64,000 nt of DNA from Candidatus Microgenomates bacterium (GCA_016204995.1 JACQJR010000001.1:241132-305131), one strand, 5' to 3'. Shown: positions 9,431 through 19,294, counted from the first letter of the stretch. Notes: a model not told the origin generated them from the sequence alone. Numbers and translations are program-made.

Positions 9431-10194
9431 TTTTGTCCTAACTTCAAAATTAAACTAAGCAAGGTATAACTTATTAATCCATGATACAACTTAGAAGACT
9501 CAATCAGCCATCTATTTGCCATCTCCTTTACCGTACTAGTAACACCCCCATGAACGTGATAAATTTGTGCTTCCGGTAAATAATAAATTGCCAATTTTTC
9601 CTTTCTTACTCTACGGCAATAATCTAGATCTTCAAAATACATAAAAAATTTCTCACCTAATAATCCTACTCTTTCAACCGTTCCGCGGGAAATTAACATG
9701 GCAGCGCCAACCACTGCGTCAACTTTAACTGGTTTATTCCCACTAGGCGCATATTTGTTAAAGGCTTCCATAATATTAAAAAAATATTCTTTAATGGCGG
9801 CCCATATTGTTGGTTCGTGATAACAAGAAGGCTGAATAGATCCATCTAGATTTAACAATCTTGGCGCCGCTATCCCTACGTTATTTCCATCTTTTATAAA
9901 TTCCACCATCTTTTGTATGGCATCTTTAGTAACCTTAGTATCAGGATTTAAAATAAATAAATACTCACCCCTTGCTTCTCTAATACCAATATTAACTGCT
10001 TTCGCAAATCCCAAATTTTCTTTGTTTTCAATTAATTGAATATCTTGTTTTTGCAACTTTTCAACACTACCGTCTGTAGAATTATTATCAATTACTATGA
10101 CTTCCTTATCTTTCGGAGCAAATTTTTTAATTGAAGCAAGACAGGGAAGAAGAAATTTTTTAGTATTGTAACTGACAATAATAATGGAAATCAT
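9409..10194 (-). CDS. GT2 family glycosyltransferase
   Basis: 261 aa; 'IIIVSYNTKKFLLPCLASI...VIVIDNNSTDGS...ENKENLGFAKAVNIGI' classic GT2 (DxD, NLGF) motifs. Confidence 0.8.
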   Translation of the reverse strand: MISIIIVSYNTKKFLLPCLASIKKFAPKDKEVIVIDNNSTDGSVEKLQKQDIQLIENKENLGFAKAVNIGIREARGEYLFILNPDTKVTKDAIQKMVEFIKDGNNVGIAAPRLLNLDGSIQPSCYHEPTIWAAIKEYFFNIMEAFNKYAPSGNKPVKVDAVVGAAMLISRGTVERVGLLGEKFFMYFEDLDYCRRVRKEKLAIYYLPEAQIYHVHGGVTSTVKEMANRWLIESSKLYHGLISYTLLSLILKLGQKWQKSFS

Positions 10195-11066
10195 AGCTGT
10201 TTAAATTGCGCAAAAACTTCTTCATCTGTAACTTTTGCTTCTCTTATTTCCTGTAGTCTTGACTTTTTAATTTGAGATAGTTTAGTAAGAGCCGCTAAAA
10301 CCACCTTGATATAACCAGGGGAACGGAGAAGACGACCCATTAGACCATTGATGTGTTCGCGAAACATTTTTTTACTGGTAATGTTTTTCCAAATCAGCAG
10401 TAGCTGATTTCTCTCTTGGATAAAATTAACATAGCTTTTGCTAAAATACTTACCAATTGTTCCCTCGTGTTTATGTAAAACTTTGGCCCTTGGTTCCCAT
10501 AAAAGTTTATATCCTCTTTTTAATGCTCTATAACATAAATCCACATCTTCCCAATAAAATGGCGCATATATCTCATCTAATCCACCTAACTCATCCCAAA
10601 TAGATTTTCTAAAAGCTCCGCTGCCTCCAGATATCCAGAAGGTTTCATGAAGATTATTTATCCTTTCGCCTGGTTCATGCTGGATGAAACCATCTTTCCA
10701 CAATCCACGACTCCAGGAAAATTTCTCTTCTGCAAAAGAGACACCAAAAACTTTCTCATCATTAAAATGGGGTAGAATTGCCTTAATTAAATTTTTATCA
10801 GGTTTTACATCAGTGTTAAGAAGAATAATAATATCGCCTTGAGCCGCCTTTACCCCTTTATTCACACTCCTGGCAAATCCTAAATTCTTATTGTTTTCAA
10901 TAACTTTGCACTTTTCACTTTGTACTTTTAACTTTTCTATTGATTTATCAGTAGAATAATCATCCACTACTATGATTTCATCCGCCCCCAAATCAACCCA
11001 ACTAGAAAAATTTTTCTCAATTAGATCTTCTCCATTCCAATTAGGAATAATTACTGATGTCATCAT
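10191..11066 (-). CDS. GT2 family glycosyltransferase
   Basis: 291 aa; 'VIIPNWNGEDLIEKNFSS...IIVVDDYSTDKS...ENNKNLGFARSVNKG'; 4-bp overlap with upstream and downstream genes. Confidence 0.8.
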   Translation of the reverse strand: MMTSVIIPNWNGEDLIEKNFSSWVDLGADEIIVVDDYSTDKSIEKLKVQSEKCKVIENNKNLGFARSVNKGVKAAQGDIIILLNTDVKPDKNLIKAILPHFNDEKVFGVSFAEEKFSWSRGLWKDGFIQHEPGERINNLHETFWISGGSGAFRKSIWDELGGLDEIYAPFYWEDVDLCYRALKRGYKLLWEPRAKVLHKHEGTIGKYFSKSYVNFIQERNQLLLIWKNITSKKMFREHINGLMGRLLRSPGYIKVVLAALTKLSQIKKSRLQEIREAKVTDEEVFAQFKQL

Positions 11067-11716
11067 ATTTTTTTTACTTTCACTAAAAATAGCATGCCCA
11101 GCAAAAATTTTTTTACCACCTTTAGATGAAAACCTGATTCTGCAACTAATTCTTCTAAAAAACCATTAGAAAAATTATGCAAATGTGTATGTTGCCAAAT
11201 ATTTTTTCCAGGCCATTTTTGCCACAGAGGCCATACTACACTATGGAAAAGCCAATTTTCGCTAGGTACCAGTACGATAGCATAACCACCGTTTTTTAAA
11301 ACCCGGTGAATTTCTTGCAAAACTCTTAAAGGATCTATTACATGTTCAAGCGCCTCAAGGCAAAATACGGCATCAAACTCACCAGTTTTAAAAGGTAAGT
11401 TGTGTGCATCTGCCACATGAAATTCCATTCCATTATTATTTTTAAACCTCTTCTTTGCATACTCAATTGAACTTTTCAGCACATCTATACCAATTAGTTT
11501 TTTGGCTTTTGTTTTTTCCCACACCACTTTAGTAAAAGTGCCATCAGCGCAACCAATATCTAAAATTACCTCTGCTGGTTCAATTAATTTACTAACTTGC
11601 CTAAAACGCCTGGTGTGCCAAAACCTTTGTAAAAGATTATGCTTAATTGACCGTTCATACCAATCAGGCGGCACATTTTCGTGAAGATGAACCGCGATAT
11701 CGTGTGTGTCTCTCAT
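11063..11716 (-). CDS. class I SAM-dependent methyltransferase
   Basis: 217 aa; motif I 'ILDIGCADGTF', 'FDAVFCLEALEHVIDP' (Methyltransf_11-like). Confidence 0.75.
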   Translation of the reverse strand: MRDTHDIAVHLHENVPPDWYERSIKHNLLQRFWHTRRFRQVSKLIEPAEVILDIGCADGTFTKVVWEKTKAKKLIGIDVLKSSIEYAKKRFKNNNGMEFHVADAHNLPFKTGEFDAVFCLEALEHVIDPLRVLQEIHRVLKNGGYAIVLVPSENWLFHSVVWPLWQKWPGKNIWQHTHLHNFSNGFLEELVAESGFHLKVVKKFLLGMLFLVKVKKI

Positions 11717-13242
11717 TTACGTAATTGTACTATTAATTGCGATGTCCATTTATCTCCTAAAATTTTTTCTTCAAATACTTTGCCGTATTGTTCCTGCTCT
11801 TTCAAATATTGTTCTATAAAAGCATAACGCACTCCCCTCGTGGGTTCAATAATGCTAAACATTATATAATCCTTTTCCTGCGACTTCCAAGTAGGCAAAA
11901 AACCAGGATAGCCCAAAGCTGCTTCGCCAGCCCAAAAAGGTAGATAGTGATATTTATTTCCCCCATACCAGTTAAAAAGATAAGCCCAAGTAGTATTAAT
12001 TTTTAAAGGCATTGTTAACGCTGAGACTACAATTGGCTTATGTTCTGCTTTAGTATAGATAAAATCTAAAGCTTGTTTTTCTCTACCTAAAAGCATTCCT
12101 TCTTGAACATAAATATCGTTAATAATTCCTTCTTTATTTCTTTCCAAAACTTGAGTTAGATTGCTTGTTAATATCACTATCAATAAAACTATTGCTAGTA
12201 TTTTTTTCCTAGTATAAACTTTAGAGATCAAAAAGGCTGATATAAGTAGTAATGCAGGAGAAATACCAATATTAGAATAATAAAGTCTAGGCGTACCGAA
12301 CGCGAACAAAAAGATACCTGACAAAAACCAGATAGTTAAAAATGAAAATTCTCGGCGATAATCTTTTTTCTTAAAAATTAAATAAAACACATAAATAATT
12401 AAACCTATTAACAATAGTTGTAGAATTGTATAGTTATTATGGATTAAGTTAGCGCTTAAAATATTATCGTTTATATGCCTTATTAACTTATCAAAATAAT
12501 CTGTTAAGGAAAAATTACTTACCCTTGAATTACCAGTCATATTTAATAAGGTTTTTATTGTTCTAAAATTAAATTTTAAATCTGCTATTACAAAGGTGGA
12601 AATTGCTACTAAAAAAGCTCCTAGAGAAATAATTATTTGAGGAAAGGTTAGCTGCCTAATCACTCTTCTGCCAAATATTATTATTAATATTCCCATCACC
12701 CCTAATAAATAGATAATAAAAAACTCAAATTGTATTGATAGACCTAAGAAAAAAAGGGCCGTCGGCAAACCCACCCACTTTTTTTCAAAAAAAAGTAGCA
12801 TTAATCCTGCATAAAAGAGCATCATTGTCAAAACTGCTGGTGCGGGGTTACCGAAATAAAGAGCGTATTGAGTTTGTTCAAAAGAGATTGCGTATAAAAA
12901 AGCAGCCATTATTCCCACCATAGGATTAAATATCCTTCTCCCTATCCAGAAAATAATAAAAACACCTAAGGCATTAAGAATTGATAAAAAGGCTGCCGGA
13001 ATTTGGGGATTACCTCCACCTAATAAATAAAATGAGCCAATTAAATACCAGTAAAGTGGGCCATGGAAAAGATTTTCCGCTGCCGTAGAAGGACCAATAA
13101 TTTTTAAATTAAAATTTTTATAAATATCTAACGACTCAAAGGCATCTCTAGCTTGATCAAATCCAAAATAAATATTATCTGGAAAATATAAAAAACGCAC
13201 TGCTAGAGCAATAACAAAAATGAATATTAACAGTTTGCCCAT
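11713..13242 (-). CDS. GT-C fold membrane glycosyltransferase ('FDQARDA' family)
   Basis: 509 aa polytopic; 'FGFDQARDAFESL...IIGPSTAAENLFHGPLYWYLIGSFYLL'. Confidence 0.5.
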   Translation of the reverse strand: MGKLLIFIFVIALAVRFLYFPDNIYFGFDQARDAFESLDIYKNFNLKIIGPSTAAENLFHGPLYWYLIGSFYLLGGGNPQIPAAFLSILNALGVFIIFWIGRRIFNPMVGIMAAFLYAISFEQTQYALYFGNPAPAVLTMMLFYAGLMLLFFEKKWVGLPTALFFLGLSIQFEFFIIYLLGVMGILIIIFGRRVIRQLTFPQIIISLGAFLVAISTFVIADLKFNFRTIKTLLNMTGNSRVSNFSLTDYFDKLIRHINDNILSANLIHNNYTILQLLLIGLIIYVFYLIFKKKDYRREFSFLTIWFLSGIFLFAFGTPRLYYSNIGISPALLLISAFLISKVYTRKKILAIVLLIVILTSNLTQVLERNKEGIINDIYVQEGMLLGREKQALDFIYTKAEHKPIVVSALTMPLKINTTWAYLFNWYGGNKYHYLPFWAGEAALGYPGFLPTWKSQEKDYIMFSIIEPTRGVRYAFIEQYLKEQEQYGKVFEEKILGDKWTSQLIVQLRK

Positions 13243-13249
13243 CTTTAAT

Positions 13250-15583
13250 TTATCTTAATCTTATTCTACTTATTATAATAATTAAAACCAATATTAATAA
13301 GGAAAATTCGCTAATTTTTAAACCATTAAAAAAGGAGTTTGGTTCATAGACTAATTTCACCTCATGATTACCCGCAATTATTGGCACAGCTTGGAAATTA
13401 AAATCAGCTTTTTGTACTTCTTCTTTCTTACCATCGACATACTTTTTCCAGTCTGGATACCAGCTATCAGACAAAAACAAATAACCATCTTTAGTTGTTT
13501 TAACGCTTAATATTCTTTCTGTTTCAGAATATTTTTGCCAATTAACTTCTGACTTACCTTTCCCCGAAACCACCGGTGAATTTTCTTCTAAAACAATTTT
13601 TTCTGAATAAGGGAAATTTTTATCCAGCATTTTTGCCAAAGTCTTGTTTTGGTCTTTTTCCATTTCCCAGTTATAGACCATAAAAGCCCGTGGTAAAACG
13701 TTTTTATTTTCCAATACCCCTACACTTTTATCTTGAAAAACCAAACTAAACCTATTTTTATCAAAAACAAAGGGGTCATCCAACTTTGTCCGTTTGATTA
13801 AGAAATATTTAACATTTATTAAATTCAATAGCGGTGAATCTAATTTAGAAAAAATGCCATAGCGGTCTTGAGGAGTAGCAGTACTGTCATTCGTGTTAAC
13901 AGCGGCTATAAATTGAGCCATAGTAAGAGGATAAACAGCATCATAACCGCCAGCTGTCTCCAGTTTATAAGGTATCAATAAATTTGCCGGTACGACATTC
14001 CCCCCTTCCACTCTAAAAGGTTTATCTTGTTGGTTTAGGAAATCTAATACCGGAGTCGGCGGATAGATAATATTCCGGGAGGAGAATGGAGTAAATTTCC
14101 ATCCAAAATAAAAAAGCTCAAAAATTAAAATACCAGATAGAATTATTGCGCCCAATAATTTAATTTTTCCTCGTGCCACCAAAATAATAATGGCGCTGAA
14201 CAATAACGCCATACTAGGAATAAACAAATTTCTTAGAGCCACTTTACTAAATTCATTATTCAAACCAAAGACTGCGTATAGACCAAATCCTCCTAATAAA
14301 ATAATAGGAATCAGAAAAACAAATTTTATATTAGATTTACCTTTTTTCGACCACCAGTAATCAAAACCAAAACCAGCCAAGCAGGAAATTGATGAATTAA
14401 ATATCACTAAAGATTTAAAGGAGATACCCGCTTGCAAACCAAATACCCCACTTTTCCAAAAAGCCACTGATAAAAAGGTGGGGAAAGCCAGTATTGATGA
14501 AAAAGCTAATATGAGTAATAAAAATTTAATTTCTTTGGATTTATGCCACATCAACAAACCAATTTGAGCTAAAATAAAACCAGTCACACTGACAAAACCT
14601 AAATTGGAAGTATAATTTTTTGGCCCCCAATAATTAGCAGTGGCGTGATTACCAAAATAATCCGGAGCTAAAAATGTAATTATTTGTCTCCAGGACAGAA
14701 ATGCCCATTCTTGTGGAATTTGCTCACCTTTTCTTTGCGATAAATTTAAAAGTTCTTGTGCTGGTAAAAGCTGTAAAGCTGCAAGTCCAACACCTAACAC
14801 TAGAAAAATAACTAAAAATACCAAATTATTAAACCGATTTTTGATATCCTTTATTCTAAATAAAACTAATAATCCCACTGCTTCCAGACTGTAGATGAGA
14901 AGCTGGGGATAGCCAGATAGTATTTGTAAGGTAAGTGATAAAGAAATACCTATTCCATTAACCCATTTACCAAGCATTAGCCATCTGTCAGTGAATAAAA
15001 ATAGAAGTGGGATAAAAGCAGCGGCCAGTGTATGAGCATTCCATTCTGACCAAATTAAATTAAAACCGGAGAAGGCAAAAATTACTCCACCAATTATTGA
15101 TCCAAATTTACCAACTCGCCAATGACGCAATAATAGATAGGTAAAAACAGCGGCTAAAATATGTTGCAAGATAATCTGCCAACTCCAGGCAGTTAATTTA
15201 TCAAACAAAAAGTAAAAAATATTAGTGGGTGAAAAGGGAGCTGATTGAAAATTAGCCAGTAGGGGAGTCCCAAATAAAATATAGGGGTTCCAAAGAGGCC
15301 ATTGACCGCTTTTCATTAAATCAATAGCCAACATTCGCATCGGGTAGCTGAAAGAAATGGCGTCGGAAGTAATGGGATTTTTGACTGGCACTCCAGCAGG
15401 ATAACCCCACTTATAATCCAACCACGGCAGATAAGTTCCTACTACTAAGTCGCCACTGACTGGTACTTGTTTAAATAAAAAAACTTTCCAGAAGAATGTA
15501 CAAACAATTAACACCAGCAGGAAAAATGGCCAGCAGTTTTTAAATAATTTGTAAGAAATCCTCTTTAAAACGCTCATAACCAT
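13250..15583 (-). CDS. YfhO-family polytopic membrane protein (GT-C-like glycosyltransferase)
   Basis: 777 aa; N-terminal 'VSGDLVVGTYLPWLDYKWGYP...QWPLWNPYILFGTPLLANFQSAPFSPTN' resembles bacterial YfhO; many TM helices then large C-terminal extracytoplasmic domain and terminal TM. Confidence 0.55.
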   Translation of the reverse strand: MVMSVLKRISYKLFKNCWPFFLLVLIVCTFFWKVFLFKQVPVSGDLVVGTYLPWLDYKWGYPAGVPVKNPITSDAISFSYPMRMLAIDLMKSGQWPLWNPYILFGTPLLANFQSAPFSPTNIFYFLFDKLTAWSWQIILQHILAAVFTYLLLRHWRVGKFGSIIGGVIFAFSGFNLIWSEWNAHTLAAAFIPLLFLFTDRWLMLGKWVNGIGISLSLTLQILSGYPQLLIYSLEAVGLLVLFRIKDIKNRFNNLVFLVIFLVLGVGLAALQLLPAQELLNLSQRKGEQIPQEWAFLSWRQIITFLAPDYFGNHATANYWGPKNYTSNLGFVSVTGFILAQIGLLMWHKSKEIKFLLLILAFSSILAFPTFLSVAFWKSGVFGLQAGISFKSLVIFNSSISCLAGFGFDYWWSKKGKSNIKFVFLIPIILLGGFGLYAVFGLNNEFSKVALRNLFIPSMALLFSAIIILVARGKIKLLGAIILSGILIFELFYFGWKFTPFSSRNIIYPPTPVLDFLNQQDKPFRVEGGNVVPANLLIPYKLETAGGYDAVYPLTMAQFIAAVNTNDSTATPQDRYGIFSKLDSPLLNLINVKYFLIKRTKLDDPFVFDKNRFSLVFQDKSVGVLENKNVLPRAFMVYNWEMEKDQNKTLAKMLDKNFPYSEKIVLEENSPVVSGKGKSEVNWQKYSETERILSVKTTKDGYLFLSDSWYPDWKKYVDGKKEEVQKADFNFQAVPIIAGNHEVKLVYEPNSFFNGLKISEFSLLILVLIIIISRIRLR

Positions 15584-16562
15584 ATTTGTTACTATCTTCT
15601 AAAGCCTTTTCGGATAATATGACTCTATTTTTATCATTCCTAATAACTTTATTAGTATCATCTATAAGTTGATCAATATCTTCCCATAAATAACCATTGG
15701 TGCCATTAACTATTTCTCTGTGGCCACCAGCCGCAAAAACTATTGGTACGCATCCAGCGCTCATTGCTTCTACCACTGTAATACCAAAATGTTCCACCTT
15801 CTGTGGATTTTTTTCTTCATTAATCTCAAAGCCGGATGCTGACCAAAATATTTTTGCCTTGCCATATATATTTTTCAATTGATTAAAATCAGGATTTTCT
15901 TTAATTTCAATATTGTAGCCAGCGCTTTCCTCTCGTAAATTCTCCACAATTTCCTTACCCCCCACATCACTGCCGCCCGCTAAAATTAATTTCCATCCCT
16001 TTAATCCACCATCAATCATTTTTTTAAATGTATCTACCAAAACATCCTGCCTTTTAGCTTGCAGTAATTGGGAAAATCGACCGACTGATAAAATAATATT
16101 TTCTTTTTTAAGAGGTTTAAAACTTGCCACATCAACCGGAGGATAAATCACCACACTATTTACTCCATATTCGCGATCTATAAATTGCTTTGTGAAATTT
16201 GAATTGCAGACTACGCTATTTATTTTTCTAAGTTTTAATCGATTGAAAAGTGATTTGCCGTTAACATAATGGAATGGCACCTGGAAATGAAGAATGTTCT
16301 TTTTGGCAGATAAGTTTGGAACGCTTCCATCTGACAGCCAAAAAACTAAATCATAACCCTGACCTTTATTAATATTTTTAACAATTTTTACTTTTGATAA
16401 ATCTATTCCTAATCTATTTTCTAATTTATTTTTAATTTCGTCTTCTCCCCACTCTACGTCTACATTCCAACCGTTTTCTATAAGTACTTGAGCCACTGTC
16501 ATCACATACCGCTCTCCCCCTCCCAACGTATCTAAATATGGATCGTAAATAGCTGCGCGCAT
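15540..16562 (-). CDS. GT4 family glycosyltransferase (glycosyl transferase group 1)
   Basis: 340 aa; 'YDPYLDTLGGGERYV', 'VGRFSQLLQAKRQDVLVDTF', 'FGITVVEAMSAGCVPIV' (GT-B EX7E-like region). Confidence 0.75.
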   Translation of the reverse strand: MRAAIYDPYLDTLGGGERYVMTVAQVLIENGWNVDVEWGEDEIKNKLENRLGIDLSKVKIVKNINKGQGYDLVFWLSDGSVPNLSAKKNILHFQVPFHYVNGKSLFNRLKLRKINSVVCNSNFTKQFIDREYGVNSVVIYPPVDVASFKPLKKENIILSVGRFSQLLQAKRQDVLVDTFKKMIDGGLKGWKLILAGGSDVGGKEIVENLREESAGYNIEIKENPDFNQLKNIYGKAKIFWSASGFEINEEKNPQKVEHFGITVVEAMSAGCVPIVFAAGGHREIVNGTNGYLWEDIDQLIDDTNKVIRNDKNRVILSEKALEDSNKYGYERFKEDFLQII

Positions 16563-16573
16563 AAATTTAAAAT

Positions 16574-16608
16574 TTCTAATTCTTAATTCTTAATTTCTAA
16601 TTTCTAAA
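16574..16608. repeat. (AATTCTT)2(AATTTCT)2 heptamer tandem repeat, intergenic upstream of GT4 gene
   Basis: followed by direct repeat TTAGGTCAATT (16636-16646 and 16664-16674). Confidence 0.6.
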
Positions 16609-16668
16609 TAAATCCCAATGATTTAATGTCTAAATTTTAGGTCAATTAGATTAATTAGAATAATTAGG

Positions 16669-17493
16669 TCAATTTTTCTGCTGTTGCATTTCCCATAACT
16701 TGGCATATCTGGCAAAAACACTATAACCTTGGTAAAAAGAGAAAATAATACCGGCGGTTCCATCTAAAAATCCTAGTTTTAAAATTAACCGGCCCCATAC
16801 TTCACTTACTACTGGTCTAACAAATCTCCACCATGTCATTTTTGGATGACCGCTATCGTACAATAATTTTGCTTCTATTTCTGACCATTTATTAGTTTTT
16901 TTAATCATATCTTCTAAATTATCCTCTTTTAAATGAATGAAAGCATTTTTTAAATAACCAATTTCTCCCTCAATTTTTGGCTGCTCATGTAATTCTCCTT
17001 CCCAACGGATTAATTTATCTTTTTTAATCAAACGAATGACATAATCAGGGTACCAGCCGCCGTGGCGTAATTCTTTCCCAAAAACAAAATTACGTCTCGG
17101 AATAGCAAAAGCCGCCGGTGACGGGTGACTCGCGGCGGGGAGCCCCACGGAAGGGGCCCCAGAGTTGTTACCTGGTGGAATGGCCGTGGGGCTGCCGCGA
17201 GGCAGGACCCGTCGGCTGATTTCCTCACGTAATTCCAGAGTTACTCTCTCATCTGGATCAATATAAAATAGCCACTCACTTTTTGCCACCTCTTTTCCCT
17301 GATTTCTCCAAGTATCATAACTACCAGCTTTTTGTTTAAAAATTCTGGTGCCATATTTTTTGGCAATCTCTAAAGTTTTATCAGTTGACCCAGCGTCCAA
17401 GATAATAATTTCTCCTAAATCTTTTGCTGATTCCAAACAATCAGTTAATTTTTCAGCCGCATTTTTGGTTAAAATAATTACTGAAATATTCAT
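16669..17493 (-). CDS. GT2 family glycosyltransferase carrying in-frame GC-rich element
   Basis: 274 aa; 'ISVIILTKNAAEKLTDCLESA...IIILDAGSTDKT'; ~32-aa insert 'LPRGSPTAIPPGNNSGAPSVGLPAASHPSPAA' absent from paralogue 18398..19294. Confidence 0.75.
   Translation of the reverse strand: MNISVIILTKNAAEKLTDCLESAKDLGEIIILDAGSTDKTLEIAKKYGTRIFKQKAGSYDTWRNQGKEVAKSEWLFYIDPDERVTLELREEISRRVLPRGSPTAIPPGNNSGAPSVGLPAASHPSPAAFAIPRRNFVFGKELRHGGWYPDYVIRLIKKDKLIRWEGELHEQPKIEGEIGYLKNAFIHLKEDNLEDMIKKTNKWSEIEAKLLYDSGHPKMTWWRFVRPVVSEVWGRLILKLGFLDGTAGIIFSFYQGYSVFARYAKLWEMQQQKN
17118..17215. repeat. GC-rich palindromic element, copy B (in-frame within GT2 gene)
   Basis: GACGGGT 17120-17126, ACCCGTC 17207-17213; internal inverted repeat CCCCACGG..CCGTGGGG; same orientation and reading frame ('HPS' tripeptide) as copies A and C'. 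Confidence 0.6.
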
Positions 17494-18401
17494 GAGTTAA
17501 AACTCCCCTTCCCTAAATTTCCCAAATAATAATCTATCACTCCCCGTTTCTGCCATTTTCTGCCATTAAAAAGTAAGCGGATTGATTCACGCAGCAGGGC
17601 AAATTTAGCTCTCATATTGGCGTATCTAGCAGCAAACAACAGACGATTTCTGGTAATATAATAATCGTTTAAGCTGCTGCCGATGCCTGAACTTTGGGCC
17701 ACTTTATGCCAAAGAATTGCTTTAGGGTTATAAATAATTTTAAAACCGGCTTGTTTTGCCCTTTGGCAAAAATCAGCATCTTCCAAATATAAAAAATAAT
17801 TTTTGTCAAAAAAACCAATTTTGTTAAACACTTCTTTGTTAACAAATAAGCAGGCTCCTGTCGCATAATCTATTTCGCTAGTTTCGTTATATTGCCCTTT
17901 ATCTACCTCATCCACTCCCTGATGTGACAGTAAAACATTCTTCCAATCAATTAAACCACCAGCATACCAAATCACTTTCCCCAGCTCATCTTTTTTATAC
18001 CTACTTTTATGAAATTCAAACCCATTGGCGAAATATATTTTAGGTGATACTATTCCTGCAACAGGATATTTTTCTATTGTTTTAATTAATTGAATGGCTA
18101 AGTTTTTATCTACCACCGTATCATTATTAAGAATCATTACATAATCTGCCTCGTCCTCTAAAGCGGCTCTAATTCCCACATTATTCCCTTCCGCATAGCC
18201 CAAATTCTCCTTGTTTTCTATAATTTTGCACTTTGCACTTTGCACTTTTAACTCTTCCACCAATCCATCTTTACTTCCATTATCCACTACATAAATTGAT
18301 AATTGATAATTGATAATTGATAATTTTTCAATGCTCTCTAAACATTGCATGGTATCTCTTTTGCCATTCCAATTAAGGATTACAATCGCTACTTTTTTCA
18401 T
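17490..18401 (-). CDS. GT2 family glycosyltransferase
   Basis: 303 aa; 'VAIVILNWNGKRDTMQCLESI...VVDNGSKDG...ENKENLGYAEGNNVGI'; contains two perfect heptamer tandem repeats (18225-18248, 18294-18325). Confidence 0.8.
   Translation of the reverse strand: MKKVAIVILNWNGKRDTMQCLESIEKLSIINYQLSIYVVDNGSKDGLVEELKVQSAKCKIIENKENLGYAEGNNVGIRAALEDEADYVMILNNDTVVDKNLAIQLIKTIEKYPVAGIVSPKIYFANGFEFHKSRYKKDELGKVIWYAGGLIDWKNVLLSHQGVDEVDKGQYNETSEIDYATGACLFVNKEVFNKIGFFDKNYFLYLEDADFCQRAKQAGFKIIYNPKAILWHKVAQSSGIGSSLNDYYITRNRLLFAARYANMRAKFALLRESIRLLFNGRKWQKRGVIDYYLGNLGKGSFNS
18225..18248. repeat. (TTTGCAC)x3 heptanucleotide tandem repeat in GT2 CDS
   Basis: perfect; degenerate homologue at ~10900 in paralogue. Confidence 0.7.
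18294..18325. repeat. (AATTGAT)x4.5 heptanucleotide tandem repeat in GT2 CDS
   Basis: perfect; encodes 'LSIINYQLSI'. Confidence 0.7.
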
Positions 18402-19294
18402 TTTGTCAGCCTGCGGAGAACTTTGGTAAGAATAGTGGGTCTTCTCATTCTTTTAGCAACTAACCAATGATCAATTTCTCCTTCGGCAGCGGCTATTTCA
18501 TTATTAACTTCATGCGGATTAAGATTTATGACTTCAAATTTAGCCAGTTCCCAAATTTTTAAATATAATACCAACTCTGAAAACGATTGCAGCAAACAAA
18601 CAGCCAATCCATGCACCCCATCTTTATAGCCTTCTCCCGCTAAAAATCTGCTAACAAATTCTCCGCTGGGTTTGGCAATTAAATCACGCCAGTTAAATTT
18701 ATAACCATCTTCTATTTTAAGTTTCGCTTGAACCGTAGTGTAACGATCAAGTCTCGCTAAATATTGCGATATTGATTGATAGTTGTGATGAACAATGGCT
18801 AAAGGTTCTTCATCTGGCAGATCTTGACCTATACCATGAGTTTCTGGCACTGAATGAATAAGCTCACTCCATAAAACCTGATCTTTTTTAAAAAAACGGA
18901 TATTATAATCCGGCCACCAGCGGGCATGCCTAATCCACTGCCCAAAAATTATATTCTTGCGGGGTAGGCGATAAAAATCAGCCTCACTATCCTGGCTTAT
19001 GCTCTGCAATTTTTTAGCTAATCTATCGGGAATTTCCTCATCAGCATCCAAAATTAAAATCCAGTCGCCCGTGGCTTTACTAAGAGCAAAATTGCGGGCC
19101 GGCTCCACATAACCAATATACTTATGATTAAAGACTTTCGCTCCCAGTTTTTTAGCTATCTCTTTAGTATCGTCGTTAGATTCCATATCTACTACTATAA
19201 TTTCACTAGCTAAATTTTTTATTGAGGCAATGGCCCGAGGTAAGTTTTTCTCTTCATTCCAGGTATTAATGACAACTGATATATTAGACATCAT
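18398..19294 (-). CDS. GT2 family glycosyltransferase
   Basis: 298 aa; 'ISVVINTWNEEKNLPRAIASI...IIVVDMESNDDT...ILILDADEEIP'; paralogue of 16669..17493. Confidence 0.75.
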   Translation of the reverse strand: MMSNISVVINTWNEEKNLPRAIASIKNLASEIIVVDMESNDDTKEIAKKLGAKVFNHKYIGYVEPARNFALSKATGDWILILDADEEIPDRLAKKLQSISQDSEADFYRLPRKNIIFGQWIRHARWWPDYNIRFFKKDQVLWSELIHSVPETHGIGQDLPDEEPLAIVHHNYQSISQYLARLDRYTTVQAKLKIEDGYKFNWRDLIAKPSGEFVSRFLAGEGYKDGVHGLAVCLLQSFSELVLYLKIWELAKFEVINLNPHEVNNEIAAAEGEIDHWLVAKRMRRPTILTKVLRRLTK

